Shown here piece by piece: positions 44,516 to 54,408 of a stretch of DNA of 64,000 nucleotides (its first letter is position 1; the number at the start of each line of letters is the position of its first letter). The stretch comes from an uncultured delta proteobacterium (GTDB taxonomy: Bacteria; Myxococcota; Myxococcia; Myxococcales; Myxococcaceae). Both the position numbers and the translations under genes were made by a program. Location: positions 3,168,001-3,232,000 of the forward strand of contig CAWCKH010000004.1 in the NCBI GenBank assembly GCA_963796055.1, in the 5' to 3' direction. The notes beneath the pieces are model-generated. The model saw only the letters and a list, made by a program, of their open reading frames with translations, ran no database searches and was not told where the DNA came from.

Positions 44516-44870
44516 AGACCAACCTTGTGGTGGGACAGTACGAGGGTAGACACCATCCCTAACGCTCACGCAAGCGCCTGGCCTGGCTGACGGTCGGCAC
44601 CCCACGCGATGCCCACCCGGGCCCGACCGCCATGGGCTTGCACCAGCCAGGAACTCCCAGCCGCTGAGCGCTCGGTCCACGTTGCGGAGCATCACCTCCA
44701 CCGCGGGCCGCGCGCGCGCTCGTCGAGCGCCCAGCGCGGCGAGAGCAGCAGGGCCGCGGCTTCCGGGCGTCCACGGGCCAACGGCGCGACACTCCGGCGA
44801 TGTACTCTTGTGCGAGGTTCACCTCGGCCCGATGCACAATCCGTTGAAATCCGGGCAGCGGATCGGAGCG

Positions 44871-45266
44871 ATGGTCGGAAAGCCCTCCAGACACGCGCAG
44901 GGAGATCCGCGACGGGTCCTGGTCGTCGACGACGACCCGGACATCCTCGACGCGCTCAGCGAGATCCTCGAGGTCGAGGGCTACGAGGTGCAGCGGGCCC
45001 GCAACGGGCGCGAGGCGCTGCAGCAGCTCGAGCAGGGACTTCCCGACCTGGTCCTGCTCGACCTCATGATGCCGGTGATGGATGGCTGGGAGTTTGCGCG
45101 CAGCCTCTCACCGGGCGCTCGCCCTCCGATCATCGTCCTCAGCGCCGACCGCAACGTGTCTTCCAAGGCGAAGGAGATCGGTGCCCTGGGCTGGCTGGCC
45201 AAGCCGTTCGAGCTGACCGAGCTGCTCTCGGCCGTCCGGCAAGCGCTTCCCTCCCGGACGCCTTGA
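44871..45266 (+). CDS. Single-domain response regulator receiver
   Basis: VLVVDDD, LLDLMMPVMDG, LSA, KPF; exact start uncertain (44832 or 44871). Confidence 0.88.
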   Translation: MVGKPSRHAQGDPRRVLVVDDDPDILDALSEILEVEGYEVQRARNGREALQQLEQGLPDLVLLDLMMPVMDGWEFARSLSPGARPPIIVLSADRNVSSKAKEIGALGWLAKPFELTELLSAVRQALPSRTP

Positions 45267-45305
45267 CGCGTCGCGTGGCCGGTCGCTACGGTCCGCGCGT
45301 CCTTT

Positions 45306-45321
45306 TTGATTCGCCAATCAG
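45306..45321. promoter_or_regulatory. Putative palindromic operator upstream of the SCP2 and CoA-transferase genes
   Basis: TTGATTCGCCAATCAG; 11 of 16 positions match the site at 46987. Confidence 0.5.
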
Positions 45322-45346
45322 CGCGAGCCCCCGCAGGAGACGGCAC

Positions 45347-45679
45347 ATGTCGGATACCCCGAAGAGCATCCTGGAGCAGCACATCCCCGAGCTTCTGTCG
45401 GCCAAGCCCGAGCTGGCGAAGGAGCTGAACGCGGTCGTTCACTTCGTCATCACCGGGGACCAGGGCGGGACCTGGACCCTGGACGCCACCAAGGCCTCCG
45501 ACTGGGTGAGGAGTGGTGCGGAGGGCACGCCGAAGATGACGGTCACGGTGAGCGACCAGGACTTCGTGAAGATCCGCAACAAGCAGCTGAACGCGCAGAT
45601 GGCCGCGATGCAGGGCAAGCTGAAGTTCAAGCCCATGGACATGGGCCTGGCGATGAAGCTCGGAAAGCTGCTGACCTGA
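45347..45679 (+). CDS. SCP2 sterol/lipid-binding domain protein
   Basis: FVITGDQGGTWTLD, AAMQGKLKF, DMGLAMKL; RBS AGGAG. Confidence 0.88.
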   Translation: MSDTPKSILEQHIPELLSAKPELAKELNAVVHFVITGDQGGTWTLDATKASDWVRSGAEGTPKMTVTVSDQDFVKIRNKQLNAQMAAMQGKLKFKPMDMGLAMKLGKLLT

Positions 45680-46824
45680 GCCGCTCCGCAGAGGTCGTTG
45701 GCGCTCCGAACCTGCCGCTCTCGGGCGTCCGGGTGCTCGACCTGACGCGCCTGGCGCCGGGACCGTACGCCACGCTGGTCCTGGCAGACCTCGGCGCCGA
45801 CGTGGTGAAGCTCGAGCCGCCCGAGGGGGACGGCACGCGCCTCATGCCACCCGGAGGGGCGGGCGAGCTCTTCGCGGCGCTGAACCGGGGCAAGCGCTCG
45901 CTGGTTCTGGACCTCAAGCAGCCCGGGGCGGTCGGCGCAGTGCGGGCATTGCTCCGGCGCTGCGACGTGCTGGTGGAGGGATTCCGGCCTGGGGTCATGG
46001 ACCGCCTGGGCCTCGGACACGCGGCGCTCCTCGACGCCTTCCCGCGGCTGGTGGTCTGTGCGCTCTCGGGCTTCGGGCAGACGGGGCCAGACCGGGGGCG
46101 AGCGGGGCACGACCTGGGGTACGTGGCGCGGGCGGGGCTCCTGACGATGGGCGGCCGGGGGGGCGAGCCGGCAATTCCGGGCCCCCAGGTCGCGGACATC
46201 GGCGGAGCCTGGGTGGCGGTGAGCGGCATCCTGGCGGCGCTGCTCGGGCGGGCGGCCACGGGGCGTGGTCGCCTGGTCGACGTGTCGCTGGTGGAGTCGG
46301 CGACCTCCTTCGCCACGTTGCACCTCGGGCCAGCGCTGCTCGGCGTGCCGGTGCCCCCCGCGGGGGAGGGGGCGCTCGACGGGGGACTCCCCTCGTACGG
46401 TCTGTACCGCACGGCGGACGACCGCTGGCTGGCGGTGGCGGCGCTCGAGCCCAGGTTCTTCGCCGCGCTCTGTGAACGGCTCGGGCTCGGCGACCTGACC
46501 GCCGAGGCGTATGGCGGTGGCGAGGGGCCCGAGCGCGTGCGCCGGGTGCTGGCGCGGACCTTCGCCGGCGCGCCGCTCGCGGCGTGGCAGCAGCGTCTGG
46601 CAGGGCTCGATGCCTGCGTGGAGCCGGTGCTGCTGCCCGACGAGGTCTGCCGCGACGCGCACCTCGCGGACCGTGGCCTGTTTCCCCGCCCGGGCGTGCT
46701 GGCGACTCCGCTCCGGCTCGGCCCACCCGCTGCGGCGCCGGCCCCGCGTCTGGGCGAGCACACCCGCGAGGTCCTGACCGAGGCGGGACTCACCCCGGCC
46801 GAGATCGACGCCCTCGTCCCCTGA
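45676..46824 (+). CDS. Family III CoA-transferase (CaiB/BaiF; alpha-methylacyl-CoA racemase-like); start uncertain, possibly CTG
   Basis: [57 protein letters not shown]. Confidence 0.88.
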   Translation: MSRSAEVVGAPNLPLSGVRVLDLTRLAPGPYATLVLADLGADVVKLEPPEGDGTRLMPPGGAGELFAALNRGKRSLVLDLKQPGAVGAVRALLRRCDVLVEGFRPGVMDRLGLGHAALLDAFPRLVVCALSGFGQTGPDRGRAGHDLGYVARAGLLTMGGRGGEPAIPGPQVADIGGAWVAVSGILAALLGRAATGRGRLVDVSLVESATSFATLHLGPALLGVPVPPAGEGALDGGLPSYGLYRTADDRWLAVAALEPRFFAALCERLGLGDLTAEAYGGGEGPERVRRVLARTFAGAPLAAWQQRLAGLDACVEPVLLPDEVCRDAHLADRGLFPRPGVLATPLRLGPPAAAPAPRLGEHTREVLTEAGLTPAEIDALVP

Positions 46825-46986
46825 CCCCGACCGGTTGGGCAGTCGTTCCAGGCGCTTACGGGTCCTTACGCGTTTGCCCGGCTCGCCCGCACGCTCGACC
46901 CGCGGGGCTCCCCGACGCTCCAGCCAGCTGGGACCTCGGGCTGACCGGAAGCCGACGCTGGGCTTGCGCGCCTCGGGCGGCTGTCA

Positions 46987-47002
46987 TTGACTCAAGAATC
47001 AA
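46987..47002. promoter_or_regulatory. Putative palindromic operator upstream of the acyl-CoA dehydrogenase
   Basis: aTTGACTCAAGAATCAAt (ATTGA-N8-TCAAT), a short AT-rich island just before the RBS. Confidence 0.55.
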
Positions 47003-47018
47003 TCCGTTGGAGGTCCGG

Positions 47019-48167
47019 GTGGCGACGAACCAGAATCCGTTCACCGAGGAGCACGAGGCGTTCCGGAGGAGCGTCCGCGCGTGGGTGGAGAAGGAGCTGA
47101 CCCCCCACGCCCTGGAGTGGGACCGCGCCGGGATCTTTCCGCGCGAGGTCTTCAAGCGCGCCGGCGAGCTCGGCTTCCTCGGCGCGAACCACGATCCGAA
47201 GTGGGGGGGCTCGGGGGGCGACTACTGGTTCGTCATCGCGCTCACCGAGGAGCTCGCCCGGAGCCAGAACGCCGGGGTGAACATGGCGCTCCTGGTCCAG
47301 GCGCAGATCGCCACGCCGGTGATCGGCACCCTCGGCACCGACGAGCAGAAGCGCGAGTTCCTGGCGCCGGCGCTCGCCGGAGATCGCATCGGGGCCCTGG
47401 GGGTGAGCGAGCCTGGATGCGGCTCGGACGTGGCGAGCATCCGCACCACGGCGCGCAAGGTGGGCGACGAGTACGTGATCAACGGCAGCAAGATGTGGAT
47501 CACCAACGGGACCCGCGCCGACTTCATCACCCTCGCGGTGCGGACCGGTGGCCCGGGCCACGAAGGGGTCTCGCTGGTCACCTTCCCCACCGACGTGCGT
47601 GGCTTCAGCGTGAGCAAGAAGCTCGACAAGGTCGGCAACCTCTCCAGTGACACTGCGGTGCTCTACTTCGAGGACTGCCGCATCCCGGCCCGCTACCTCC
47701 TCGGCGAGGAGAACGCTGGCTTCGCCTACATCATGATCAACTTCCAGGGCGAGCGGCTGGTGGCGGCGGTCATCGCGGTGTCCGGCATGGAGATGATGCT
47801 CCAGGACGCCATCCACTACGCCCGCGAGCGCCAGGCCTTCGGGAGGCCGCTGATCGGCTTCCAGGTCTGGCGCCACAGGTTCGCCGAGCACCTGGCCTCG
47901 GTGGAGGCGGCGAAGCGGCTCACCTACCACGCGACCGCGCTGTTCGACGCCGGCCTGGATCCGGTGAAGGAGATCAGCATGGCCAAGCTCGTGGCGGGCG
48001 ATCTGGCGCAGCGGGTGGCCTACGACTGCCAGCAGATCTACGGCGGGATGGGCTACGTCGACGAGACCGCGGTGGCCCGTGCCTGGCGCGACGTCCGGCT
48101 GATCACCATCGGTGGTGGCACGAGCGAGATCATGAAGGAGATCATCGTCAAGCTCGAGGGGCTGTAG
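47019..48167 (+). CDS. Acyl-CoA dehydrogenase
   Basis: [56 protein letters not shown] before GTG 47019. Confidence 0.95.
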   Translation: MATNQNPFTEEHEAFRRSVRAWVEKELTPHALEWDRAGIFPREVFKRAGELGFLGANHDPKWGGSGGDYWFVIALTEELARSQNAGVNMALLVQAQIATPVIGTLGTDEQKREFLAPALAGDRIGALGVSEPGCGSDVASIRTTARKVGDEYVINGSKMWITNGTRADFITLAVRTGGPGHEGVSLVTFPTDVRGFSVSKKLDKVGNLSSDTAVLYFEDCRIPARYLLGEENAGFAYIMINFQGERLVAAVIAVSGMEMMLQDAIHYARERQAFGRPLIGFQVWRHRFAEHLASVEAAKRLTYHATALFDAGLDPVKEISMAKLVAGDLAQRVAYDCQQIYGGMGYVDETAVARAWRDVRLITIGGGTSEIMKEIIVKLEGL

Positions 48168-48214
48168 GTCCGCTCGCTCATCCGGGGCCCCCTGCAACTC
48201 AGTCGCTCCTCGGG

Positions 48215-48499
48215 CTAGTGCTTGAAGAGCGCGTCCGCGGCCTCGCGCGCGGCCCGGAGCGGGTCCTCGTCGGTGTGCCCGCCCTCGCCGAGCTGGAAGA
48301 ACTCGCAGAAGTTCGCCTGGTCCTTGTCCGCCGGGACCTCGGCGAAGGGCTCCTTGCAGGCCTTGGCGACGGCGGGATCGAAGTGCCGGCACTGCCGGCA
48401 GGCATGGAGATCATGTTCGCAGCGCGGACAGCTGTCCCTGCGACCCACTGCGTTTCCCACCACATCGAGGCGACTGCCGCACCAGGCGCACCCGGGCAT
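48215..48499 (-). CDS. Small cysteine-rich hypothetical protein (probable metal binding)
   Basis: CxxC, CxxC, CxxC plus two more Cys (KACKE, ANFCEFF). Confidence 0.75.
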   Translation of the reverse strand: MPGCAWCGSRLDVVGNAVGRRDSCPRCEHDLHACRQCRHFDPAVAKACKEPFAEVPADKDQANFCEFFQLGEGGHTDEDPLRAAREAADALFKH

Positions 48500-48562
48500 G
48501 GGCCGTAGAATAGACTACCGGGGAGCAACCGGGCACCCGGAGGGGGAATGTTCGAGCTCCGC

Positions 48563-48928
48563 TCAGCCCACTGGGGAGCCGCGCTCCTGGTGTGGTTCGC
48601 CCATCGCAAGGTCGGCGTGGAGGCGGCCCAGCATCCACAGGAGCCACACGGCGAACAGTCCGCCCAGCGTGCCCAGCGCGCCGAGCAGCTGCAGCCGCTG
48701 CCAGGACTGGACCCGTGACACGACGTCCCTCCGCTGCTGGAAGGTGTCGAGCTGCTGGTCCGCGAACTGCCCGTCGAAAGAGCTGGCAAACGCATCGGCA
48801 TGGGCCCGGGAGCGGACCAGCAGGGCGTCCGACTGCTGCCGGAGCGGCTGCATCCGCACGGTGGACAGGGCCGCCGCGGCGATCGACAGCACCGTCCACG
48901 CCCATGCCAGGAGCACGCCCCGTCTCAT
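48563..48928 (-). CDS. Hypothetical membrane protein with two TM segments
   Basis: Two hydrophobic segments flanking a helical loop; divergent from rlmE. Confidence 0.6.
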   Translation of the reverse strand: MRRGVLLAWAWTVLSIAAAALSTVRMQPLRQQSDALLVRSRAHADAFASSFDGQFADQQLDTFQQRRDVVSRVQSWQRLQLLGALGTLGGLFAVWLLWMLGRLHADLAMGEPHQERGSPVG

Positions 48929-48967
48929 CGCATCTCTCTGGCCGATGGTATGGAGAGTGTCCGACGC

Positions 48968-49576
48968 ATGGGCAAGCCGTACCGACCGAAGGATCATTAC
49001 TTCCAACGCGCCAAGCAGCGAGGATTCCGGGCGCGAAGCGCGTTCAAGCTCGAGGAGCTGGTGCAGCGCTTCGGACTTCTGCGGCCCGGGGCGCGCGTGC
49101 TGGACCTGGGCGCGGCGCCGGGAGGCTTTCTGCAGGTCATCGCGCGCGTGGTGGGTCCATCCGGCCTCGCGGTCGGGGTGGACCTGGTGCCGCTCCGGCC
49201 GTTCAGCGAGGCATGGGTCCGGACCGCAGTGGTGGACGTGCTGGCCGACGACGCCCAGGCGCAGGTGGAGGCGGTCTCCCCGGGGCCGTACGACGCGGTG
49301 CTCTCGGACATGGCGCCGAAGACCACCGGAGTGCGCGGGACCGACGAGGCACGCTCGCTCCGGCTGGCGGAGCGTGCGCTGGAGCTGGCCCGGGCGCTGG
49401 GCAAGCCCGGGTCGAGCTTCGTGGCGAAGCTCTTCATGGGAGGGGACTTCGAGGCCTTTCGCGGACGGCTGCGCGAGGTGTACCGCGAGGTCAAGGTGGT
49501 GCGGCCCGAGGCCACCCGCTCGGCCAGCGTCGAGGTCTACCTGGTCGGGCTCTGGCTCCGGGTGCCATCCTCCTGA
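48968..49576 (+). CDS. rlmE: 23S rRNA 2'-O-methyltransferase RlmE/FtsJ
   Basis: FRARSAFKL, DLGAAPGG, LSDMAP, K..F.G, TRSAS.E.Y (K-D-K-E tetrad). Confidence 0.93.
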   Translation: MGKPYRPKDHYFQRAKQRGFRARSAFKLEELVQRFGLLRPGARVLDLGAAPGGFLQVIARVVGPSGLAVGVDLVPLRPFSEAWVRTAVVDVLADDAQAQVEAVSPGPYDAVLSDMAPKTTGVRGTDEARSLRLAERALELARALGKPGSSFVAKLFMGGDFEAFRGRLREVYREVKVVRPEATRSASVEVYLVGLWLRVPSS

Positions 49577-49655
49577 GCGGTGGAGGGGAAGGGTCGTCTC
49601 GCAGGCGCTCGGGAGCCCATCGTTCGCCGGGCCGTGCTCGCAACCGCTGCCCGGC

Positions 49656-50348
49656 TCAGTAGACCGCGCCCTGGATGTGGAGCCCGGACATGCCCACCAG
49701 CGTCCGCGCCAGCGCGTTGAACGCCGGGTCCCGGGCGAGGGTGTCGCGCTGGAGGATGCGCACCCGGTACTCGCCGGCGCGGGCGCCCTCGAAGAGCCAG
49801 AGCGAGCCGGAGTCGATCCTGGGCAGAGCGGCGGGTGGAGCGGACGGGGTCCAGAGGTGCGCGGCCTCGATGCGGGCCACGAGATCTCGGACCTGTTCGG
49901 CCGTGGCGGTGGCGCTCGACTCCTCGAGCGGGTCGCCGGGGGGAGCGAGGCCCTTGCCGGAGGTCTGGGCGCCGCGAAGCTGTCCGGTGGTGTCCTGTCG
50001 CTCGAAGCGCACGCTGACCGGGTGCGCTCCGGAGCGGATCCACAGCAACCGGACCACCTCGGTGGTCTGCGGGAGGGGAAAGAGCGCGGGCTCCCCCAGC
50101 GCGACGAGCTGGCTCGAGAGCCCGCACGCCAGCGCGCGCTCGGGGGCGCCGGCCGGCGCGAGGGAGCCTTTCGGGAAATCCGCCGGCACGCTGCTCCCGT
50201 CCCCGAGCTCGCAGTCGTCGAAGCTGAGGGAACCCGGCGGGGCCTCCACCCGGGCCGGAGCCGGCCGGTAGACCTCGTGGGCGCACGCTGAGAGGTGGAA
50301 GGCAGACAGCCCGAGAAGAGTTCCCGCGGCGATGACGGAACGCCCCAT
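49656..50348 (-). CDS. Hypothetical lipoprotein
   Basis: Signal peptide ending in lipobox LSA-C; start ATG 50348. Confidence 0.65.
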   Translation of the reverse strand: MGRSVIAAGTLLGLSAFHLSACAHEVYRPAPARVEAPPGSLSFDDCELGDGSSVPADFPKGSLAPAGAPERALACGLSSQLVALGEPALFPLPQTTEVVRLLWIRSGAHPVSVRFERQDTTGQLRGAQTSGKGLAPPGDPLEESSATATAEQVRDLVARIEAAHLWTPSAPPAALPRIDSGSLWLFEGARAGEYRVRILQRDTLARDPAFNALARTLVGMSGLHIQGAVY

Positions 50349-50503
50349 CCGCTCGACGCTAGGCCCCGAGGAACTCGCTCGCAAACCGAGCAACCGCCCA
50401 GCCGAGCGCGTCCGCGTAACGATGTCGTGTGCGGCGGTGCGCCGGTGTCTCACACGGGCCCCCGGGTCGAACTCTGACCGACCGCTCTGACGAGTCGACA
50501 GGG

Positions 50504-51766
50504 TCAACGCACGGTCAGTCTTGCTGCGCGCAGCTTCCCGACCTGGACCAGGTGGGTCCCCGGCGCGAGCTCGGCCTTCGGATCGGCGATGCGTTCGGCA
50601 TCCACCTTCACCGCTCCCTGGGTGATGAGCCGACGGCCGTCGGAGGTCGAGGCCACCAGCTGTGCGTCGAGCAACGCCCGGACCAGCGGCACGGGTACGC
50701 CGCCCGTTCCGACCACCACCTCGGGGAACTTCTCGGGGTCCACCTCGCGACGCGAGAAGCGCCGCTCGAACTCCTCCGCCGCGCCCGCCGCTGCCGCCGC
50801 TCCGTGGAAGCGCTCGACCATCTCCCGGGCGAATGCCACCTTGACTTCCTTCGGATGAAGCTCGCCACGCGCCACCCGATCCCGCTCGGAGCGAATGGCC
50901 TCGAGCGGACGGCCCGAGAGCAGCTCGGCGTACCGCCACATGAGGTCGTCGGAGATGCTCATCAGCTTCCCGAACATCTCGGACGGGGGCTCGGCCACCC
51001 CGACGTAGTTGTCGAGCGACTTGGACATCTTCTCCCCGACGATCCGCCCGTCCTCCATCCGTGCATCCAGCCCTTCGAGGATCGGTCCGGTGAGGATGAC
51101 CTGCGGCTCGAGGCCGTACTCACGCATCAGTGTTCTGCCGACCAGCAGATTGAACAGCTGGTCGGTGCTCCCGAGCTCCACATCCGCCTTCAGGGCTACC
51201 GAGTCGTAGCCCTGGAACAGCGGGTAGAGCAGCTCGTGCATCGAGATGCTCCTGCCCTCCCGGAAACGGGTCTTGAAATCGTCCCGCTCCAGCATCCGCG
51301 CCAGGGGCCAGTGCGCCGCCAGCCGCACAGTTCCCTCGGTGCCGAGCGCATCCAGCCACTCGGAATTGAACCGGACCCTGGTTCGCTCCGGGTCCAGAAC
51401 CTTGAACACCTGGGCCTTGTAGGTCTCGGCGTTGGCCAGCACCTCTTCGCGGCTCAGGGCGGGGCGGGTGACGTTCTTCCCCGAGGGGTCGCCGATGATC
51501 GCGGTGAAGTCGCCGATGAGGAAGACCACCTCATGGCCGAAGTCCTGGAACCGCCGCATGCGGGTGAGGAGCAGCGTGTGACCGAGGTGGAGGTCCGGGC
51601 GGTTCGGGTCGAAGCCGGCCTTGACGATCAGCGGCTGCTCGCGCTCGTAGGAGCGCCGGAGCTTGGAGCGGAGCTCGTCCGGCACCTGGAGGTCGATGGT
51701 GGCGCGGGTGACCTCGGCGAATTGCTCGTCGGGGGTGGCTCGGCGAAGGAGCGACATCGGCTCCAC
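50504..51766 (-). CDS. tyrS: Tyrosine-tRNA ligase
   Basis: GFDP..PDLHLGH, YPLFQGYDS, DQLFN, KMSKS, C-terminal S4 domain; start 51766 or 51757. Confidence 0.96.
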   Translation of the reverse strand: MEPMSLLRRATPDEQFAEVTRATIDLQVPDELRSKLRRSYEREQPLIVKAGFDPNRPDLHLGHTLLLTRMRRFQDFGHEVVFLIGDFTAIIGDPSGKNVTRPALSREEVLANAETYKAQVFKVLDPERTRVRFNSEWLDALGTEGTVRLAAHWPLARMLERDDFKTRFREGRSISMHELLYPLFQGYDSVALKADVELGSTDQLFNLLVGRTLMREYGLEPQVILTGPILEGLDARMEDGRIVGEKMSKSLDNYVGVAEPPSEMFGKLMSISDDLMWRYAELLSGRPLEAIRSERDRVARGELHPKEVKVAFAREMVERFHGAAAAAGAAEEFERRFSRREVDPEKFPEVVVGTGGVPVPLVRALLDAQLVASTSDGRRLITQGAVKVDAERIADPKAELAPGTHLVQVGKLRAARLTVR

Positions 51767-51788
51767 CTACCAGGCCGGCGGGGAGCGG

Positions 51789-52580
51789 TCACGTTCCGGG
51801 GAGGTGCTCGCGCACCCGGATGATGCTCCGCGCCTTTCCGGTGGCGTCGTCGATGTCGATGACCACGCCCTGGAGGTAGACCAGGGCCTTGGCCACCTCG
51901 TACTGATTGGGTCGCTGGGTCAGGAACCGCTCGATGCTCTGTTCCTTCTTGATCCCGATGACCGAGTCGAGGGGGCCGCACATGCCCACGTCGGTGATGA
52001 ACGCGGTGCCCGCCGGGAGGATTCGCTCGTCCGCGGTCTGCACGTGGGTGTGGGTGCCGACGACGGCGGAGACCTTTCCGTCGAGCCAGGCCCCCATGGC
52101 GTTCTTTTCGCTGGATGCCTCGCAGTGCATGTCCACCAGGATGCACGCCGTGGTGCGCCGGAGCTCCGCGACCAGCCGCTCGCCGACCCGGAACGGATCG
52201 TCCAGGTTCTTCATGAACACCCGACCCTCGAGGTTCAGGACTCCCAGCGCCCGTCCGTCCGGGGTGCGGATCACGGTGTGTCCCCGGCCGGGGCTGCCCT
52301 CGGGGTAGTTGGCGGGGCGGAGCAGCAGCTCGGGATGGTTCTCCACCCAGGGGAGGATCTGGCGCTTGGTCCAGAAATGGTTGCCCGAGGTGAGCAGGTT
52401 CACCTCCGCCGAGAGGAGCGCCTCGGCGGATTCGGCGGAGATTCCGGCGCCGCCCTCGGAGTTCTCGGCGTTGGCGACGACGAGGTCCGCCTCGTGCCGG
52501 GCGATCAGGCGGGGCAGGAGAGTGCGGACGGCGAGCACCCCCGGCTTGCCCACCACGTCACCCATGAACAGGACGATCAC
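51789..52580 (-). CDS. ymdB: YmdB-like metallophosphoesterase
   Basis: GDVVG, NAEN, TSGNH, LRPAN, D.H.EASSEK, GTHTH, TDVGM.G. Confidence 0.92.
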   Translation of the reverse strand: MIVLFMGDVVGKPGVLAVRTLLPRLIARHEADLVVANAENSEGGAGISAESAEALLSAEVNLLTSGNHFWTKRQILPWVENHPELLLRPANYPEGSPGRGHTVIRTPDGRALGVLNLEGRVFMKNLDDPFRVGERLVAELRRTTACILVDMHCEASSEKNAMGAWLDGKVSAVVGTHTHVQTADERILPAGTAFITDVGMCGPLDSVIGIKKEQSIERFLTQRPNQYEVAKALVYLQGVVIDIDDATGKARSIIRVREHLPGT

Positions 52581-53191
52581 GTGGGCGCGAAATCGGGCGG
52601 GCGGGACAGGCCCCGGAAGACCTCGTTCTCGGTGACCACCAGGTCGACGTCCACGTCGTCCTCGTTGGTCGGGAGATCGTCGACGATCTGCTCGGCGAAG
52701 GCCAGCCCCACCCGCCGGCTGGACGCACCGCCTGCCTTGAGGGTGGCGTCGTAATACCCGCCCCCTCGGCCCAGGCGCTTGCCGTCCGGCGTGAAGCCGA
52801 GACCAGGCACGACGAAGAGGTCGATCTGCTCCACCGGGATGAGCTCCGCAGCGTCCGCGGGCTCGCGGACGCCGAGCCGGCCGGGCTCCAGCTCGGTCTC
52901 GTTCCGCACCGCGCGGAAGGAGAGCACGCGTCCCCGGACGTGGCTCAGCGGGTAGCAGATCACCTTCCCGTCGGCGAGGCCGGCGGTGAGGATGTCCCGC
53001 GTGGGCACCTCGCCGCGAATCGGTGCATAGAGCGCCACCGTGCGTGCGTGGTGGTAGTAGGGGGTGGCCAGGAAACGCGCCTGGATCTTCAGACCCCGGG
53101 TGTCGACCAGCTCGGCGCTGAGCGCCTTCCGACGGGCGGTGAGCTGCTCGCGGAGTGTGGCCTTGCGCAGTGCCCCCTCGTCCGTTCCCAT
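52577..53191 (-). CDS. 5-formyltetrahydrofolate cyclo-ligase
   Basis: KATLR, VPGLGF..DGKRLGRGGGYYD, D..VDLVVTE; start uncertain (ATG 53191 or CTG 53212). Confidence 0.92.
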   Translation of the reverse strand: MGTDEGALRKATLREQLTARRKALSAELVDTRGLKIQARFLATPYYHHARTVALYAPIRGEVPTRDILTAGLADGKVICYPLSHVRGRVLSFRAVRNETELEPGRLGVREPADAAELIPVEQIDLFVVPGLGFTPDGKRLGRGGGYYDATLKAGGASSRRVGLAFAEQIVDDLPTNEDDVDVDLVVTENEVFRGLSRPPDFAPT

Positions 53192-53231
53192 CTCACGCCC
53201 GTTCGTCGCCAGCCTCTCACCTCTCCTGAAA

Positions 53232-53439
53232 AAAACGTCCCCCGCCGCTGGGCCGTGTGCGCAGCGTCCATTGAACCCAGTTGAGCCAGGTGGGAGCCGA
53301 GGTGAGGTACCGTAGGTCTCCCGGGTCGTCGGCGAGCGCCGGCTGCCCCGGGCGTGACGCATGGAACCCCGGTACGGCTCCCGGAATGGACGTATCGGTT
53401 CGAATTTCTGCTGCACATCACGCACCCCGCAGGGGACAA
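53232..53439 (-). ncRNA. ssrS: 6S RNA
   Basis: Complementary ends GUCCCC/GGGGAC, GAACC/GGUUC and GGGAGCC/GGCUCCC stems flanking a central bubble, U-run at the 3' end, classic position upstream of the 5-formyl-THF cyclo-ligase gene. Confidence 0.9.
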
Positions 53440-53592
53440 CCTTGCAAGGGGTTTCCGGCCTCCGACCGGACGGCTCCGACAATAAGGACGGCCCGGAGGG
53501 GGGTCAAGGGAACCTGGGCGGTGTGTTCCGTTGCACTGGCTGGCATCGGCCGCTCCGCTCGTGCCAGCATCCCTTGGATCCAGCCCCGTCCC

Positions 53593-54408
53593 GTGCCCCG
53601 GCTCCTGCTCGCCACCACGCTCTGTGCCGTGCTCGGTGCCGGACCGGCGCTGGGGGCCGTGCCGCTGCTGGCGTCGCGTGCGCGGTGGGGTGCGAAGGGT
53701 GTTCTGAGCTGGCAGGCAGTGAACGACCACGTACTGGGGAGAGCCGGGGAATCGAACCCCTGCGGCTTCGAGGCGGGCCGTGCGGTGGTGGACGCCGCCT
53801 GGGAAGGGGATGTGCTCGTGGGGAGGCTGACGCTCTGCACAGCCTGTGGCGAGCGGACGGTGCCGTACCTCGGAGTGCATGTCGCCGCGAACGGAACGGT
53901 GGTGGCGGATGTTCCGCTGATCCCCGGGTGTGACTCGCCGGGCCTGGAGCGCGGACGACTGGTCCTGGCGCCCATTGCCGAGCCGCCCGGCCGTCGACCG
54001 CTCACCCATCACCTCGAGGCCGGCGAGAAGCTGCTCCAGCTGCGCCGGGGAAAGGCGGCCCAGGCCGAGTTCCAGAGGGCGCTCGCGGCGAGGGAGGACC
54101 CGGGGAAGGCGTGGCTGGGGATGGGGCTCGCCTCGGTGCTGCTCGGCGACGCTGCGGGCGCGGTGGCGGCGTACGAGAAGGCGAGGGCGTTCGCCCCGGG
54201 GGTGCTGCTTTCCTACAACCTGGCCTGTGCGCAGGCGCGACTGGGGCACATCGACGAGGCGCTGGCCAGCCTGAGCGACTCGATCGACCGCGGCTTCGCG
54301 GCCTCGGAGGACCTGCTGCAGGACCCGGACCTGGCGCCGCTCCGCGGCGATCCACGGTTCTCGGCACTGCTCGTCCGGACCAAGAGCAACGAGGAGCGAC
54401 GACGGTGA
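53593..54408 (+). CDS. Exported TPR-containing protein with a Cys-containing N-terminal domain
   Basis: Signal-like N-terminus, TPR repeats, YNLACAQARLG...DPDLAPLRGDPRF TPR-end signature; start uncertain. Confidence 0.7.
   Translation: MPRLLLATTLCAVLGAGPALGAVPLLASRARWGAKGVLSWQAVNDHVLGRAGESNPCGFEAGRAVVDAAWEGDVLVGRLTLCTACGERTVPYLGVHVAANGTVVADVPLIPGCDSPGLERGRLVLAPIAEPPGRRPLTHHLEAGEKLLQLRRGKAAQAEFQRALAAREDPGKAWLGMGLASVLLGDAAGAVAAYEKARAFAPGVLLSYNLACAQARLGHIDEALASLSDSIDRGFAASEDLLQDPDLAPLRGDPRFSALLVRTKSNEERRR

Noticed and set aside
53281..53592. N-terminal part of ORF 53281..54408 and of ORF 52577..53482
   Set aside because: Both run through the 6S RNA gene and its upstream region, so the real starts lie outside it.
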